Program-made: the position numbers and the translations under genes
Part shown: positions 10,101 through 19,182 of the stretch, piece by piece
Layout of the letters: the number at the start of each line of letters is the position of its first letter
How positions within the stretch are numbered: position 1 is the first letter of the stretch
Assembly: GCA_030749075.1 (NCBI GenBank)
Contig: JASMKR010000006.1
Location: 3,029-67,028 of the forward strand
Direction of reading: 5' to 3'
DNA: 64,000 bases
DNA from: Candidatus Thalassarchaeaceae archaeon
Lineage (GTDB): Archaea; Thermoplasmatota; Poseidoniia; Poseidoniales; Thalassarchaeaceae
Notes under the pieces: model-generated
Told to the model about the DNA's origin: nothing
The model's input: only the letters and a program-made list of their open reading frames with translations
Database searches by the model: none

Positions 10101-10727
10101 CGGGAAGTCCATCGTCACCGCGATCCCATGGCCGGTCGGCACCGAGATGTTGTACCAGTCCTCGGAATCCCAGGTGTCCGAGATCCACCCGCTAATCGTC
10201 TGGTTGGTGCTGTTGAGCTGCAGGGAGTTCCCAGCGGACCCTCCCGCATCGGTGCCCGAGTTGGCATCGTTCTGGTTGTTCCCCGGCTGGTTTGCCGTGC
10301 TGAAGATCCAGACCTGCAGCATGTACTGGCCAGATCCAGACCACTGCCTGACCTCGTAGTAGACCGTCGTCCCCCCCACGTTGGTGCCGTTCGATGAGAC
10401 CTCCTCATAGGTAGCGACTGTGAAGCTGTAGTCGATCTGAGTTTCGGATGAGTCGTACAGGTAAGGGTCGAAGTCGCCCGTTGAGGGGGAGGTCAGGCCA
10501 ATGGCTATCCCGGTGGCATTGGGCATCGTGAACGAGTAGAAGTCCGATGTGTCCGTGGATGACAGGTTGCCGTAGTAGGTCGCATCGGTGGCATTCAGGG
10601 GCACGGCGGTGGAGAAGGTATCGCCCGCATCACCGCCGCTTCCCGCGTCGTTGGCGAGGACGGGGGATGCAAGGGCCCCTATGACGAGGATTGCGGTGAC
10701 GACTCGTACCCTTGCCACGGTTCCCAT
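7107..10727 (-). CDS. About 1206-aa membrane-anchored surface protein: five PPC-like domains, TSP3 repeats and C-terminal TM helix
   Basis: Likely start ATG 10727 (MGTVARVRVVTAILVIGALASPVLA, signal peptide; TTGAAG box 24 nt upstream). Five ~130-aa units each begin (Q)[ND]DAxSGxDAG. TSP3 stalk and TM VVGFAVTCALASASIAFAI follow. Confidence 0.85.
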   Translation of the reverse strand: MGTVARVRVVTAILVIGALASPVLANDAGSGGDAGDTFSTAVPLNATDATYYGNLSSTDTSDFYSFTMPNATGIAIGLTSPSTGDFDPYLYDSSETQIDYSFTVATYEEVSSNGTNVGGTTVYYEVRQWSGSGQYMLQVWIFSTANQPGNNQNDANSGTDAGGSAGNSLQLNSTNQTISGWISDTWDSEDWYNISVPTGHGIAVTMDFPNGTTFDYLYLYDSSGTQYIDYAYQSPWEVTSNGTGVGGSYVYVNVYSYYSEGDYNLTFTYFSTAGQPGSVQDDAGSGTDAGDTLAAALNLSVPTSGANYSGWVDYTWDANDYYAVDVPTNWTTWASMDWNSSADLLDLFLYDSSGTQIDYSLFENPEEVTGNGSAVSGTTVYYRVQAWTSGAASIDYTLTINFANLSDTPAFNQNDANSGGDAGNDFPDALNLSGNGTYFGWISETADTLDVYAVQVPPFYAIEASLSWNNSANDYALGLFDEGQNQIDSSFFANPQTVESGTTNVSNTTVFVVVQAGVGEGNYTLEISLVNQSSVPGLNQDDAYSGDDAGDTFADATTINATPSLSYWPGYADDSDDQYDYYSLYVPADHGITVEMTYQSINWFNLVLYDSSQSQVNYSYYYNPQVVSTNNTGSYLGGTDVYIEVWAYSGDGTYNLTVWLFPLDADGDGFYDEDEAACGSDPNDNSSVPLDTDADGVCDGLDGDIDGDGVDNANDSFPEDANETTDTDGDGTGDNADGDDDGDGFYDGVEEDCLSDPMDASSVPTDTDEDGVCDEMDDDMDGDGTPNDSDSFPLDPGEWNDTDGDNIGDNTDPDDDNDGYGDDVEEDCLSDPMDASSVPTDTDEDGVCDEMDDDVDGDGTPNDLDSSPLDPTEDTDTDGDNIGDNTDPDDDNDGYADDVDAFPLDVSEWEDNDNDGLGDNADIDDDNDGWTDSEEADCMTNPLSELFTPSDSDQDHLCDLVDEDDDNDGTPDVADAFQYDPTEASDLDQDGIGDNADLDDDGDGWADLDEISICGTDPMDVNSVPDDFDRDTLCDPLDEDDDNDMVLDADDRFPYDPSETKDTDNDGIGDGDDTDDDGDGWADSTEMVCATSPLDGSEYPPDADGDGSCDLVDPDDDNDGWTDEEDAFPFDTTEWVDRNGDGRGDNAHPLTTMDHMRLNPEATVVGFAVTCALASASIAFAIGSRGRFPEDFSEDDMTEFDPYDEY
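8045..8495. repeat. Near-identical 225-bp (75-aa) tandem duplication in the TSP3 stalk
   Basis: CTCGCGTCCATGGGGTCCGACAG occurs at 8221 and 8446; EEDCLSDPMDASSVPTDTDEDGVCDEMDDD is repeated exactly. Confidence 0.8.
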
Positions 10728-10805
10728 GATGCGTCCCGCGTGGGCGTGGGCCTTCAAGGTTGGTGAAAAGCAGTGCATAAAATGCACCGCGCGCGAGGGA
10801 TGCGA

Positions 10806-11654
10806 TTAGTATTCGTAGAATCCGGCCCCAGTCTTGCGCCCGAGCCTACCCTGCTCCACCATCTCAACCAATAGGGGGGCCGGGCGGTACTTGTCGTTCC
10901 CAAAACCCTCGTGCAGGACGCCCATGATGTGCATCACGGTGTCCAGGCCTATGAGGTCGGCGAGGGCGAGAGGTCCAATCGGGTGGTTCATTCCCAGCTT
11001 CATGATGCCGTCGATTGCCTCGGGCTCGGCTACCCCCTCCTGGAGAGTCAGTATTGCCTCATTGATCATGGGGCACAGGACCCGGTTGCTGACGAAGCCC
11101 GGAGAGTCAGAGCACGCCAGAGGGGTCTTGCCCATGCGCTCCGAGGCGGAGACCACCTCTCTGGTGACCTCCGGGGAGGTCTCGCTGCCGTTGATGATCT
11201 CGACCAGCCTCATGATTGGGACGGGGTTCATGAAGTGCATCCCGATGACCCTGTCTGGCCTGTCGGTATGGCTGGCGATCTCGTTGATGGAGATGCTCGA
11301 GGTGTTGCTTGCGAGAATCGCTTCGGACTTGCAGATCGCGTCCAGCTCGGCGAAGGTCGAGAACTTCAGGTCGGGGATCTCCGGTATTGCCTCGACCACG
11401 AGGTCGCAATTGGACAAATTGCCCAGGCCGACAGAAGTCTCGATGAGGGCGATGGCGTTTTCAGCCTCCTTTCCGGACATCCTCTCCTTGGCGACCATCC
11501 TGTCGAGCGAGTCGCGGATGGCTGCCGCCCCCCTGTCGAGGAAGTCCTGCTCGATGTCAACCATGGTGACTGCGAGGCCGCAGCAGGCGGCCACCTGGGC
11601 GATCCCGTTGCCCATCTGCCCCGATCCCACCACCCCTATGGCCTCGATTGCCAT
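10806..11654 (-). CDS. hbd: 3-hydroxybutyryl-CoA (3-hydroxyacyl-CoA) dehydrogenase
   Basis: GVVGSGQMGNGIAQ Rossmann motif, LASNTSS, GMHFMNP, PGFVSNR, GRLGRKTGAGFY. Start trimmed to ATG 11654 (MAIEAIG). Confidence 0.93.
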   Translation of the reverse strand: MAIEAIGVVGSGQMGNGIAQVAACCGLAVTMVDIEQDFLDRGAAAIRDSLDRMVAKERMSGKEAENAIALIETSVGLGNLSNCDLVVEAIPEIPDLKFSTFAELDAICKSEAILASNTSSISINEIASHTDRPDRVIGMHFMNPVPIMRLVEIINGSETSPEVTREVVSASERMGKTPLACSDSPGFVSNRVLCPMINEAILTLQEGVAEPEAIDGIMKLGMNHPIGPLALADLIGLDTVMHIMGVLHEGFGNDKYRPAPLLVEMVEQGRLGRKTGAGFYEY

Positions 11655-11703
11655 GAACCACCCAGCACAGAATCGAACATGAGGTTTGGCATGGTAGGCC
11701 GGG

Positions 11704-14700
11704 TCACCCATCCCGCCCGCGTGAGGTCCTCCGCAGAAGTGCGAGCGCGGGCAGGGCAGTGGCTGCGAGCGCGAGCAGTCCGCCAAAGGACAGCCACCAG
11801 AGCATGGGGCCGGCGCTCCTCGCATCGTCGATGGCCCAATCCGACCAATCCTGCTTCAGGACCTCGATGGAGTGGGTCTGCTCGTTCTTGGCCGCATCGA
11901 GGCTGCTCGCCTCGATGACATGCGAGCCGGGAGTCTGGGGGACTGTGATGGGCAAGGTGAAGTTCCCCGTCTGGGGGCAGACTATCTCGACTGAGTCCGA
12001 TGCGCTCCAAATCCTGACTAGCAGCCCGGGCTCGCAGGAACCCGAGACCTTTCTCTCCGTGGCAAGGGGCGCGTTGCGGTAGAGGTCCTCTTGGAACTCA
12101 AGGACTGGTGGGGTCGAGTCCCGCTCCAGCGAGATGGTGTAGATGTCAGTCTGGTCGAGCGCACCGACCTGGATGGCGAACTCGTTCTGCCCCTCGATTA
12201 GGTCCAGCACTAGGATCACAGTGCCGCTGCCAGGGTCCACTATGTGAGTCTCTTCGGAGCCCGCCCTCGACCAGTAGATGGACTGGGACTCGTGTCTAAG
12301 AATCACTACCTCGATGCTATCGAGGGCGACAAGTTGCCCGTTGCCATCTGCAAGCGCGGTTTCGTAGGTCATCTCCGGCAGCTCGAAGGTCCTGCATTCG
12401 GAGAAGCGGTTGTCATTGGCCTGGGGCTCTGTGCTGTCGACTGCGCTAATGCAGACCGTGTGCTCGCCCGTCCTGTTGAGGTCGAAGAGCAGGTGGCCAG
12501 AGTACCCGCTCTGCTCCGATAGCGGAAGCCCGTTCAGCGAGATGCTGAAGTTGACGTACTCGGGGGATCCCCATGAGATGTTCTGCCTGTGGTCGCCGAG
12601 GACCCCATCCTGCATCGGATCCAATGCCCACACGACCTCTGGCAGCGTGCGGTCCAGCACTAGGGGCCAGCTCTCCTCGTGCGTGTTATTCGCCCAGTCA
12701 GTCAGTCGCAGCCTCATGACATGGTTACCGTCGTCCAAATCTTCTAGATCAAAGGAAATCGATTCAACGAAGGTGCTCGGATAGTCGCTCACACCGGAAT
12801 CAGGGAACCCAGTGGAGGTGTTCAGCACGGCAGGCTGATTGGGCATGGGCAGACACTCGGTGGAGGACTCCCCAGTGAGCACGCTCACGAACTCCAAGCA
12901 CCGCTCGCTGATGTCCGCAGGGATCTCGATGACGATATTCCCGCCTGAGAGATTCATCGGGTGGTGCAGGTCGGCCAGAGCGTAGGAGTATCCGACCTGA
13001 TCAAGAATCGAGACCACGCCTACCTCGGAGGGGGGGGTCGGGTCGTAAACGACTTGGAAGGACGTGGATGCGGAGTTGCCTGCAAGGTCGTAGGAGGATA
13101 TTGCGAAGACGTTCGAATCCCCGTTGTGGTAGAAAGCCGGAACGCCTTGCGAGCCCTCGAAGTACCCGACTTGGGAGGGCTCCAGATGCAACAGATGCTG
13201 AGCGAAGCCGCTCTCGTTGACATCGATTATGGTCCCGTCGAAAGTCAGGATCGCCCCGGGCTCGGTCTGGATCCCTATGACGACCTCATGCGAACTAGTA
13301 ATCCAAGGCACCCCCGTCACAAACAAGGAGGGTGCGGTTGCATCATAGGCCACGGATAGGAAGGCCTCGGCCGAGCGCCCAGACGAATCCGTTACGGTGG
13401 CGTGGTAGTCGAACCACTGCTCCGAGGCGGGAAGGGAGGAGTTGACCCAGACTTCTCGGAAGAGGTCTGGCACGATATTGTCCTCGAGGCCGTTCCACTG
13501 CCAGGTGAGGTTGTGGTACCGCCCATCGGTATCCAATCCCCAGGCGGAGTCGGCGGGGATGCTCGTGGAGCCGGAGGAGGAGTTATGGATAGTCCATTGG
13601 AGGTCCGAGAGGTAGAACCCGACGCCGATGTCGCGAGCGTGCAGCTGAATGGGCAGGGAGGAGTTTGCTTGGGTCATGTTCTGCGGGGTTGAGAAAGAGA
13701 TCTCGGGATCCTCCTCGACCAGCTCGTACTCGTAGGGAAGCCTGATGCTGGCACCGCCCTCGATGTCGATGTCGACAAAACCCAGCCACAATCCCTCTCG
13801 GGGAGGCCTGTCGAATGAGAGGTTCAGCTCCAGCGCGCCCGCGGGGTCGCGCCCGCCTAGGACCGGGGAGCCACTCGGCCAAGTGCTGCTGATTTGGGAG
13901 GCATTGAGTTGGTTGTGACCAGTGACGTTCAGCGCTGTTCCTGAAACGACGTCGATGTCGATCCAGAATCCCACCGACTCGCCGTCGACGGACCAGCCGT
14001 GGACTGCTATGCCGTAAAGGCCGTCCTCCGGGTCCATTAGGGTGACCGACTCCGATGATGTGCTGCTCCATGACCTCCGGGACTCCTCTCCCGCGGAGAA
14101 GTTCCCATCGCCATCGCCATCGTGGAACAAGTAGAGGTCGAGGTCTGCATCCTCGTAGGCATCCATGGAGACGGTAATCTCGGAGGCGCCCTCCAGAGTG
14201 AGGTTTTGCCACCACGAGGCAGACATCTTGTCGCTTGAGATGTCTTGGTGCGCAGTCTGGTTTTCGAGGTGTATGGGTTGCGTCCAGCCACTGGCTTCTA
14301 TCGATCTGACCGAAAGCGGGATTGTGGAGACGATTCGGGCGGTGTCGTTGCCGCTGCCCTCAGACCAGTCAGTGACGGTGCGGTGGAAGCCCGAGGCCTC
14401 GGCCGCCAAGTAGCCGACGGTGATGTTGAGCGGGTTGTCACTGGTCTGCACCCCGTGGAGTGCAGTGTGAAGCACCATCTGGTGCGTGCCAGGCGTCGGC
14501 GGGACGACAAAGGTCTCCCTCGAAGTGCCAGTGTAGGTTCCCCAGTTATGCTGCCCGCTGGTGGCGTGGTTGTTCACAGAACGCTCCTCGATGATGAAGG
14601 AGGAGGGGCCGTAGGCATCTGGCGCGTCCTCGGCATAGCCGTGAGGGGACTCAGTCAGCCACAGCACGTCTATGTCGGTGTAGGGATTGTCGTTCCAGTC

Positions 14701-17700
14701 GACGTCGAGGACGATTGACCCTTCGTCGCCCATCTCTTCAGGCCACTCCACGGTCAGGAATCGCCAGTCACCGCTCTCCGCCCTCCATGACCAGCGCATG
14801 GCCCCGCTGATCCACGACTCGGTATACAGAGTCTGATTGGAGACGTTTCCGTCTAAGGGGTCTGGGAGCAGGGTAAAGGGCCCCTGCCATGGGACGTTGG
14901 TAACCACGGGCATGGTCCAGCTTCGAAGCGGCCCACCCATGGTCTGGCCTTGGCCGTCTACTGGATACGACTCTATCAGGATGCCGTGCTGGCGCAACCC
15001 CGGGGAGGCGTCCCCGGGCACGGAAACTGTCATCTCGACGGTCGTCGTGCTATGGGCTGAAGCCTGCACGGTAGCAGGGGCGGAGACCCAGTCATCCTCC
15101 ACTGAGCCGAAAGCGGTCCAGTCGACCTCGATCCTTACCGGGTCGGTCCCAGAGAGCTGGCCGTCGTACCTCCACACGCCTAGAATGATGCCATCCCTAG
15201 CGTCCTCGAAGGGCAGGCCGACCCTAACCTCTGCCTGAGGCCCGTTACTCCACCAGAATGTTACCTCCTCCATCTCGCCGGACTCGTTCCACTCTCCGTC
15301 GTCCACCATGCCATCTCCGTCGGAATCGTTGTGGAACACACCATCGCCGTCGTAGTCCGTCCAACGGTATACCTGCAGGAAGACTCGTTCCTTGGAGGAG
15401 CGTTCCATGAACGGGTCGAAGGCAGCGTAGTCGATGGTGGCCCTAGCACGTATCTGGACGGTGCCAACGGGGAGTTGGTGGGACGGGTCGTTGGGGATGT
15501 GCAGTGGGACGAGCAGATCCGGGCGATCATCCTGATGTCCGTCCCATGAGTCGTTCTCGCCTCCGCTGCTGCCGTTGCCTGTACTATTCCAGACTAGTAC
15601 TGTGTGCTCCAGCGGGGCGAAGGTCGTTGGTGCGAGGCTCAGTAGGAGGTCTGAATCCCCGGGGTTGTCGAATGAGAGTTCGACCGTCTGAGACTCACCC
15701 GGACGCATGGAATTGAGATTGGCGTCCCGGTGCTGGCCATGGAACGTACCTGAGTTCCACTGGGCGGGGCTGAGCGACCACGTCCCGTTGTCCCCCTCCA
15801 AGGTGGCGATCGAGCGGGAGGCGTTCATCCAGCCCCCACCCTGCACGAAGGGCTCGTAGCCCCTGTCATCGGAGGTAGAGAGTACGAAGTCCCTGAGCTC
15901 CTGCGACCCGGGCGTCCGGTTTAGGTTCTCGAGCCAGGCCTCCTCGATTAGTGCGAGCAGGCCCGCTGCCACGGGAGTGGCCAGGCTGGTCCCACCCCAT
16001 GTGGTCCATGACTCGTTGGCACTGGTATGGTCGTTGAGAGGCAGATCTCCTGTCGCAGACCAGCCGACGGAGACGATGTCTGGGTCCATCCTGCCGACAA
16101 CGTTCGGCCCCCGGTTAGACCATGGTGCGCTCTGCCCCCACGAGTCGGAGGACCTGCTGCTGAAGGCGCCCACCGAGAACACGCCGTGGGCGGCTCCCGG
16201 TACTTTCGTAGTTCCGAAGCCGTGGCCGCCGTTGCCGATGGCAACAGCGTACGATGCGTTCGAGTTGTATGCCCTAGTCAGCCAGTCGAGGTAGAGGGAG
16301 TAGCCATCGGCACCGGCGTCGTCTACCGAGGAGTACCCAAACGAGAATGAGCCGATATGGGGCTGGTCGGGGGTGCTGGGGTCACCATCGTAGCCCTCTG
16401 CTATGAAGCGCCATGCGTCGAGGGCGTGACCCCCCGAGTAGTGGTTGCCGATAGAGGAAATCGTGGAGTTTGGCGCCATTCCAAGTACGCGGCCGCCGTC
16501 GATTGCTCCCTGCGCGGCGATTGCGCTGGCGCACAGGGTTCCATGGCTGCCGGACTCGAGCATGAACAGTGTCAGGTCCCCAGAGCCGGGGATCCTGTCG
16601 TAGTAGCCATGGCGGGCGGCGTAGGTAGAGCTGTATGGGACGCCATTGATGCCGTCGGCGACCCAATAGACTAGGCCGGCCGAGATGTCCCATAGGCCAT
16701 CGCCGTCCACGTCCCTGCCCGATGTCTCCTCGCCGGGTCTCATCGGCGTCTCGTTTCCGAACCAGCCATCCCTGTCGATATCGGGCCAGACCGTCTCATA
16801 TAGGCCAGATTTGCGGTCATCGACGATCAGGATAGGGACTTCCCCACCCACCTTGTCCCGAAGCTTCCAATCGGGGTGTTCGCCGAGGTGGTAGGTGCCC
16901 GAGAGCGATGCGTTCACCCCGGTGATGTTGTAGCCACTTGAATCGAGGACCCCGTCACTGTCGTTGTCGAAGTCGGTTGCAGAGGTGTTGGCGTACCAAT
17001 TTTCGGCCTGAGGGTATGCCTCTCCGTCGACCAGCCAATGGTACATGCTGTTGTGGTCGAGCATCAGGGGCCATCCCAAGTACGAGGAGTTCTGGTAATC
17101 GACCCTGGCCTGTGTGCCGTTGAGGTCTGGGTGTCCGAAGTCGACTCCGGTGTCGGCCACTGCCACAACCAGACCCTCGCCCGTGTAGCCCCTGTCCCAA
17201 GCGTCCGTGGCGCCATGGATCTGTCCGGTCCTGACCGAGTTAGGCTCGTGCCCGGGCGGGGCTTCCAAGGGAGTGATGCCGTATGGATCGGGGGGGCGCT
17301 GGGCGTCTATTAGGGCGATAACCCCGGGGACGCCCATGAGCTTGTGCAAGAGGTCGGCATCCAACCATATGGTCCTGTGGTTGATGCCGCTGACCGGGCT
17401 TCTTTGGCTCACCATGACCTCACCGGACTTGGCAGAGGCCTGCTTCTCGATGGCGCCGTGCCTGTGCTGCCACACACCGAGATCGTCGAGCGAATTCGTA
17501 ATTACCGTCACACGCACCTCAAACTGCCCCGACGCGACCCTGTCCACAAGCCCCTGATCCACCCAGGGGGCCCCTGTGAGTTGTTCTTGGGACTCCGAAT
17601 CCAGGGGTGCCCCCCCATGGGGGGCGTCTTGGATCGAATGCTCGTTGGTGGCAGCGGACGATAGCGAAGAGGTGAGCAGGAGGAGCAAGAGGGCAGCGGA

Positions 17701-17733
17701 TAGCCTGCCTCGCATGCTCGTAGGGCTTGACAC
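11704..17733 (-). CDS. 2009-aa membrane-anchored S8 subtilisin-like serine protease (pyrolysin-like)
   Basis: Catalytic motifs VAVADTGVD (Asp), SHGTLCASAIAA (His), AIGNGG (oxyanion Asn) and GGTSLATPVAAG (Ser). Long insert between Asp and His; signal peptide; PPC/Ig-like C-terminal region; C-terminal TM. Confidence 0.92.
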   Translation of the reverse strand: MSSPTSMRGRLSAALLLLLLTSSLSSAATNEHSIQDAPHGGAPLDSESQEQLTGAPWVDQGLVDRVASGQFEVRVTVITNSLDDLGVWQHRHGAIEKQASAKSGEVMVSQRSPVSGINHRTIWLDADLLHKLMGVPGVIALIDAQRPPDPYGITPLEAPPGHEPNSVRTGQIHGATDAWDRGYTGEGLVVAVADTGVDFGHPDLNGTQARVDYQNSSYLGWPLMLDHNSMYHWLVDGEAYPQAENWYANTSATDFDNDSDGVLDSSGYNITGVNASLSGTYHLGEHPDWKLRDKVGGEVPILIVDDRKSGLYETVWPDIDRDGWFGNETPMRPGEETSGRDVDGDGLWDISAGLVYWVADGINGVPYSSTYAARHGYYDRIPGSGDLTLFMLESGSHGTLCASAIAAQGAIDGGRVLGMAPNSTISSIGNHYSGGHALDAWRFIAEGYDGDPSTPDQPHIGSFSFGYSSVDDAGADGYSLYLDWLTRAYNSNASYAVAIGNGGHGFGTTKVPGAAHGVFSVGAFSSRSSDSWGQSAPWSNRGPNVVGRMDPDIVSVGWSATGDLPLNDHTSANESWTTWGGTSLATPVAAGLLALIEEAWLENLNRTPGSQELRDFVLSTSDDRGYEPFVQGGGWMNASRSIATLEGDNGTWSLSPAQWNSGTFHGQHRDANLNSMRPGESQTVELSFDNPGDSDLLLSLAPTTFAPLEHTVLVWNSTGNGSSGGENDSWDGHQDDRPDLLVPLHIPNDPSHQLPVGTVQIRARATIDYAAFDPFMERSSKERVFLQVYRWTDYDGDGVFHNDSDGDGMVDDGEWNESGEMEEVTFWWSNGPQAEVRVGLPFEDARDGIILGVWRYDGQLSGTDPVRIEVDWTAFGSVEDDWVSAPATVQASAHSTTTVEMTVSVPGDASPGLRQHGILIESYPVDGQGQTMGGPLRSWTMPVVTNVPWQGPFTLLPDPLDGNVSNQTLYTESWISGAMRWSWRAESGDWRFLTVEWPEEMGDEGSIVLDVDWNDNPYTDIDVLWLTESPHGYAEDAPDAYGPSSFIIEERSVNNHATSGQHNWGTYTGTSRETFVVPPTPGTHQMVLHTALHGVQTSDNPLNITVGYLAAEASGFHRTVTDWSEGSGNDTARIVSTIPLSVRSIEASGWTQPIHLENQTAHQDISSDKMSASWWQNLTLEGASEITVSMDAYEDADLDLYLFHDGDGDGNFSAGEESRRSWSSTSSESVTLMDPEDGLYGIAVHGWSVDGESVGFWIDIDVVSGTALNVTGHNQLNASQISSTWPSGSPVLGGRDPAGALELNLSFDRPPREGLWLGFVDIDIEGGASIRLPYEYELVEEDPEISFSTPQNMTQANSSLPIQLHARDIGVGFYLSDLQWTIHNSSSGSTSIPADSAWGLDTDGRYHNLTWQWNGLEDNIVPDLFREVWVNSSLPASEQWFDYHATVTDSSGRSAEAFLSVAYDATAPSLFVTGVPWITSSHEVVIGIQTEPGAILTFDGTIIDVNESGFAQHLLHLEPSQVGYFEGSQGVPAFYHNGDSNVFAISSYDLAGNSASTSFQVVYDPTPPSEVGVVSILDQVGYSYALADLHHPMNLSGGNIVIEIPADISERCLEFVSVLTGESSTECLPMPNQPAVLNTSTGFPDSGVSDYPSTFVESISFDLEDLDDGNHVMRLRLTDWANNTHEESWPLVLDRTLPEVVWALDPMQDGVLGDHRQNISWGSPEYVNFSISLNGLPLSEQSGYSGHLLFDLNRTGEHTVCISAVDSTEPQANDNRFSECRTFELPEMTYETALADGNGQLVALDSIEVVILRHESQSIYWSRAGSEETHIVDPGSGTVILVLDLIEGQNEFAIQVGALDQTDIYTISLERDSTPPVLEFQEDLYRNAPLATERKVSGSCEPGLLVRIWSASDSVEIVCPQTGNFTLPITVPQTPGSHVIEASSLDAAKNEQTHSIEVLKQDWSDWAIDDARSAGPMLWWLSFGGLLALAATALPALALLRRTSRGRDG

Positions 17734-17801
17734 ATTGGCTTGAGATTGACGGCTCCAAGTCCCGTCAAATACAAAGAGTCGGTACAGCAGGGCTTGCGCG
17801 G

Positions 17802-17877
17802 AGTCCCGTAGTGTAGTGGTCCATCATCTCGGGTTTTGGTCCCGGGGACCCTGGTTCGAATCCGGGCGGGACTACCA
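17802..17877 (+). tRNA. tRNA-Gln(TTG), CCA encoded
   Basis: Acceptor stem AGTCCCG/CGGGACT; anticodon arm TCGGG-TT TTG GT-CCCGG; T-loop GGTTCGAATCC; ends ACCA. Confidence 0.95.
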
Positions 17878-19125
17878 CTATTCCTCAATGGCTGTCGGGT
17901 TTCGCGACAGATCCTTGGTGATGTTCTTCTGGTGGCTCTCGAGTGTGCCTCCTCCAATCTCGAGCAGCTTGGCGTCGCGCCACAGGCGCTCGACAACGTA
18001 CTCGCCAACATAGCCGTATCCGCCCATGACCTGGATGGCCCTGTCCGCTATGTTCTTGGCATTAGTGGTAGCGAACAGCTTGACTCCGTCGGAATCCAGC
18101 CTGTTCCCCGCCTCGGAGAGGTCGATCTGCCGGGCGGTATCGTAGACGTAGGCGCGCATCGCGCGGTACTCTGCCCAAGACTCGCCGATGTGGCGCTGAA
18201 TCTGGCCGAAGTCCCTAATCTGCTTGCCGAAAGCTTCGCGCTCGCTGGCGTAGGCGTTCATGGCGGCAAGGCAGCGGCGGGCGATTCCGACGCCCATGGC
18301 CGCGAGGCCAAGGCGCTCGTGCTCGAGATTCCTCATCAAGTGGATCATGGACTCTCCCGGCTCGCCGACGACGTTCTCGGGGGGAATCGCGCAGTCCTCG
18401 AAAAGCAGCTCGGAGGTCGTGCTTGCGCGCACCCCCAGCTTGTCGTGAATCTTCTGTCCGGCCGAGTAACCCGGCATGCCGTTCTCGACGAGGAAGGTCG
18501 TCAGCTCTGCACGCCCCCTCTCGTCGGTTCCCGTGCGCGCGTACAGCCACGCCACGTCCGCGGGCGTGCCATCATCGTCCAGCGCGCCGTTAGTAATCCA
18601 CATCTTGCGGCCGTTGACCACCCATGAGCCATCGTCTCGGGGGGTCGCCGTCGTCTGCATTCCAAGGACGTCGGTGCCGTGATCGGCCTCGCTCATGCCC
18701 AGGCAGCCAATCCACTCGCCGCTGCACACCTTGGGCAAAATCCTTGCCTTCTGCTCGTCGCTGCCGCTGTGTGCGAGGTTATTGACGAACAACTGGTCGT
18801 GAGCGAGGAAGGCGAGGCAGAAGCCTGGGTCGGAGTAGGAGATCTCCTCATTGACGATGACGGTCGAGGTGGCGTCCATACCCGCCCCGCCGTACTCGGC
18901 TGGAGCGGTCAGCCCTAGCAGGCCCATGGCACCCAACTTGCGGAACAGTGTGAGATTGAATCGCTCGTCTCGATCGTGCTCGAGGGCCTGGGGCTCGACC
19001 TCGTCCCGGACAAAGTCCCTGACCATATGGCGCAGCATAGCGTGCTCGTCGGTCGGGTTCGCGATGTCCATATCGCGCCAGCCCTCGCCCATGACCTTGC
19101 TAGGGGAGGTCGTCGTATGAGCCAT
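17878..19125 (-). CDS. Acyl-CoA dehydrogenase (isovaleryl-CoA dehydrogenase-like)
   Basis: CLGMSEADHGTDV, VNGRKMWITNG, KLGVRASTT, REAFGKQI, IQVMGGYGY, RDAKLLEIGGGT. Confidence 0.92.
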   Translation of the reverse strand: MAHTTTSPSKVMGEGWRDMDIANPTDEHAMLRHMVRDFVRDEVEPQALEHDRDERFNLTLFRKLGAMGLLGLTAPAEYGGAGMDATSTVIVNEEISYSDPGFCLAFLAHDQLFVNNLAHSGSDEQKARILPKVCSGEWIGCLGMSEADHGTDVLGMQTTATPRDDGSWVVNGRKMWITNGALDDDGTPADVAWLYARTGTDERGRAELTTFLVENGMPGYSAGQKIHDKLGVRASTTSELLFEDCAIPPENVVGEPGESMIHLMRNLEHERLGLAAMGVGIARRCLAAMNAYASEREAFGKQIRDFGQIQRHIGESWAEYRAMRAYVYDTARQIDLSEAGNRLDSDGVKLFATTNAKNIADRAIQVMGGYGYVGEYVVERLWRDAKLLEIGGGTLESHQKNITKDLSRNPTAIEE

Positions 19126-19182
19126 TCGTCAATTACCGTATGGTGCCATCCAGAATAATGCTAGGGCGTAGGGCGCTTGGGG

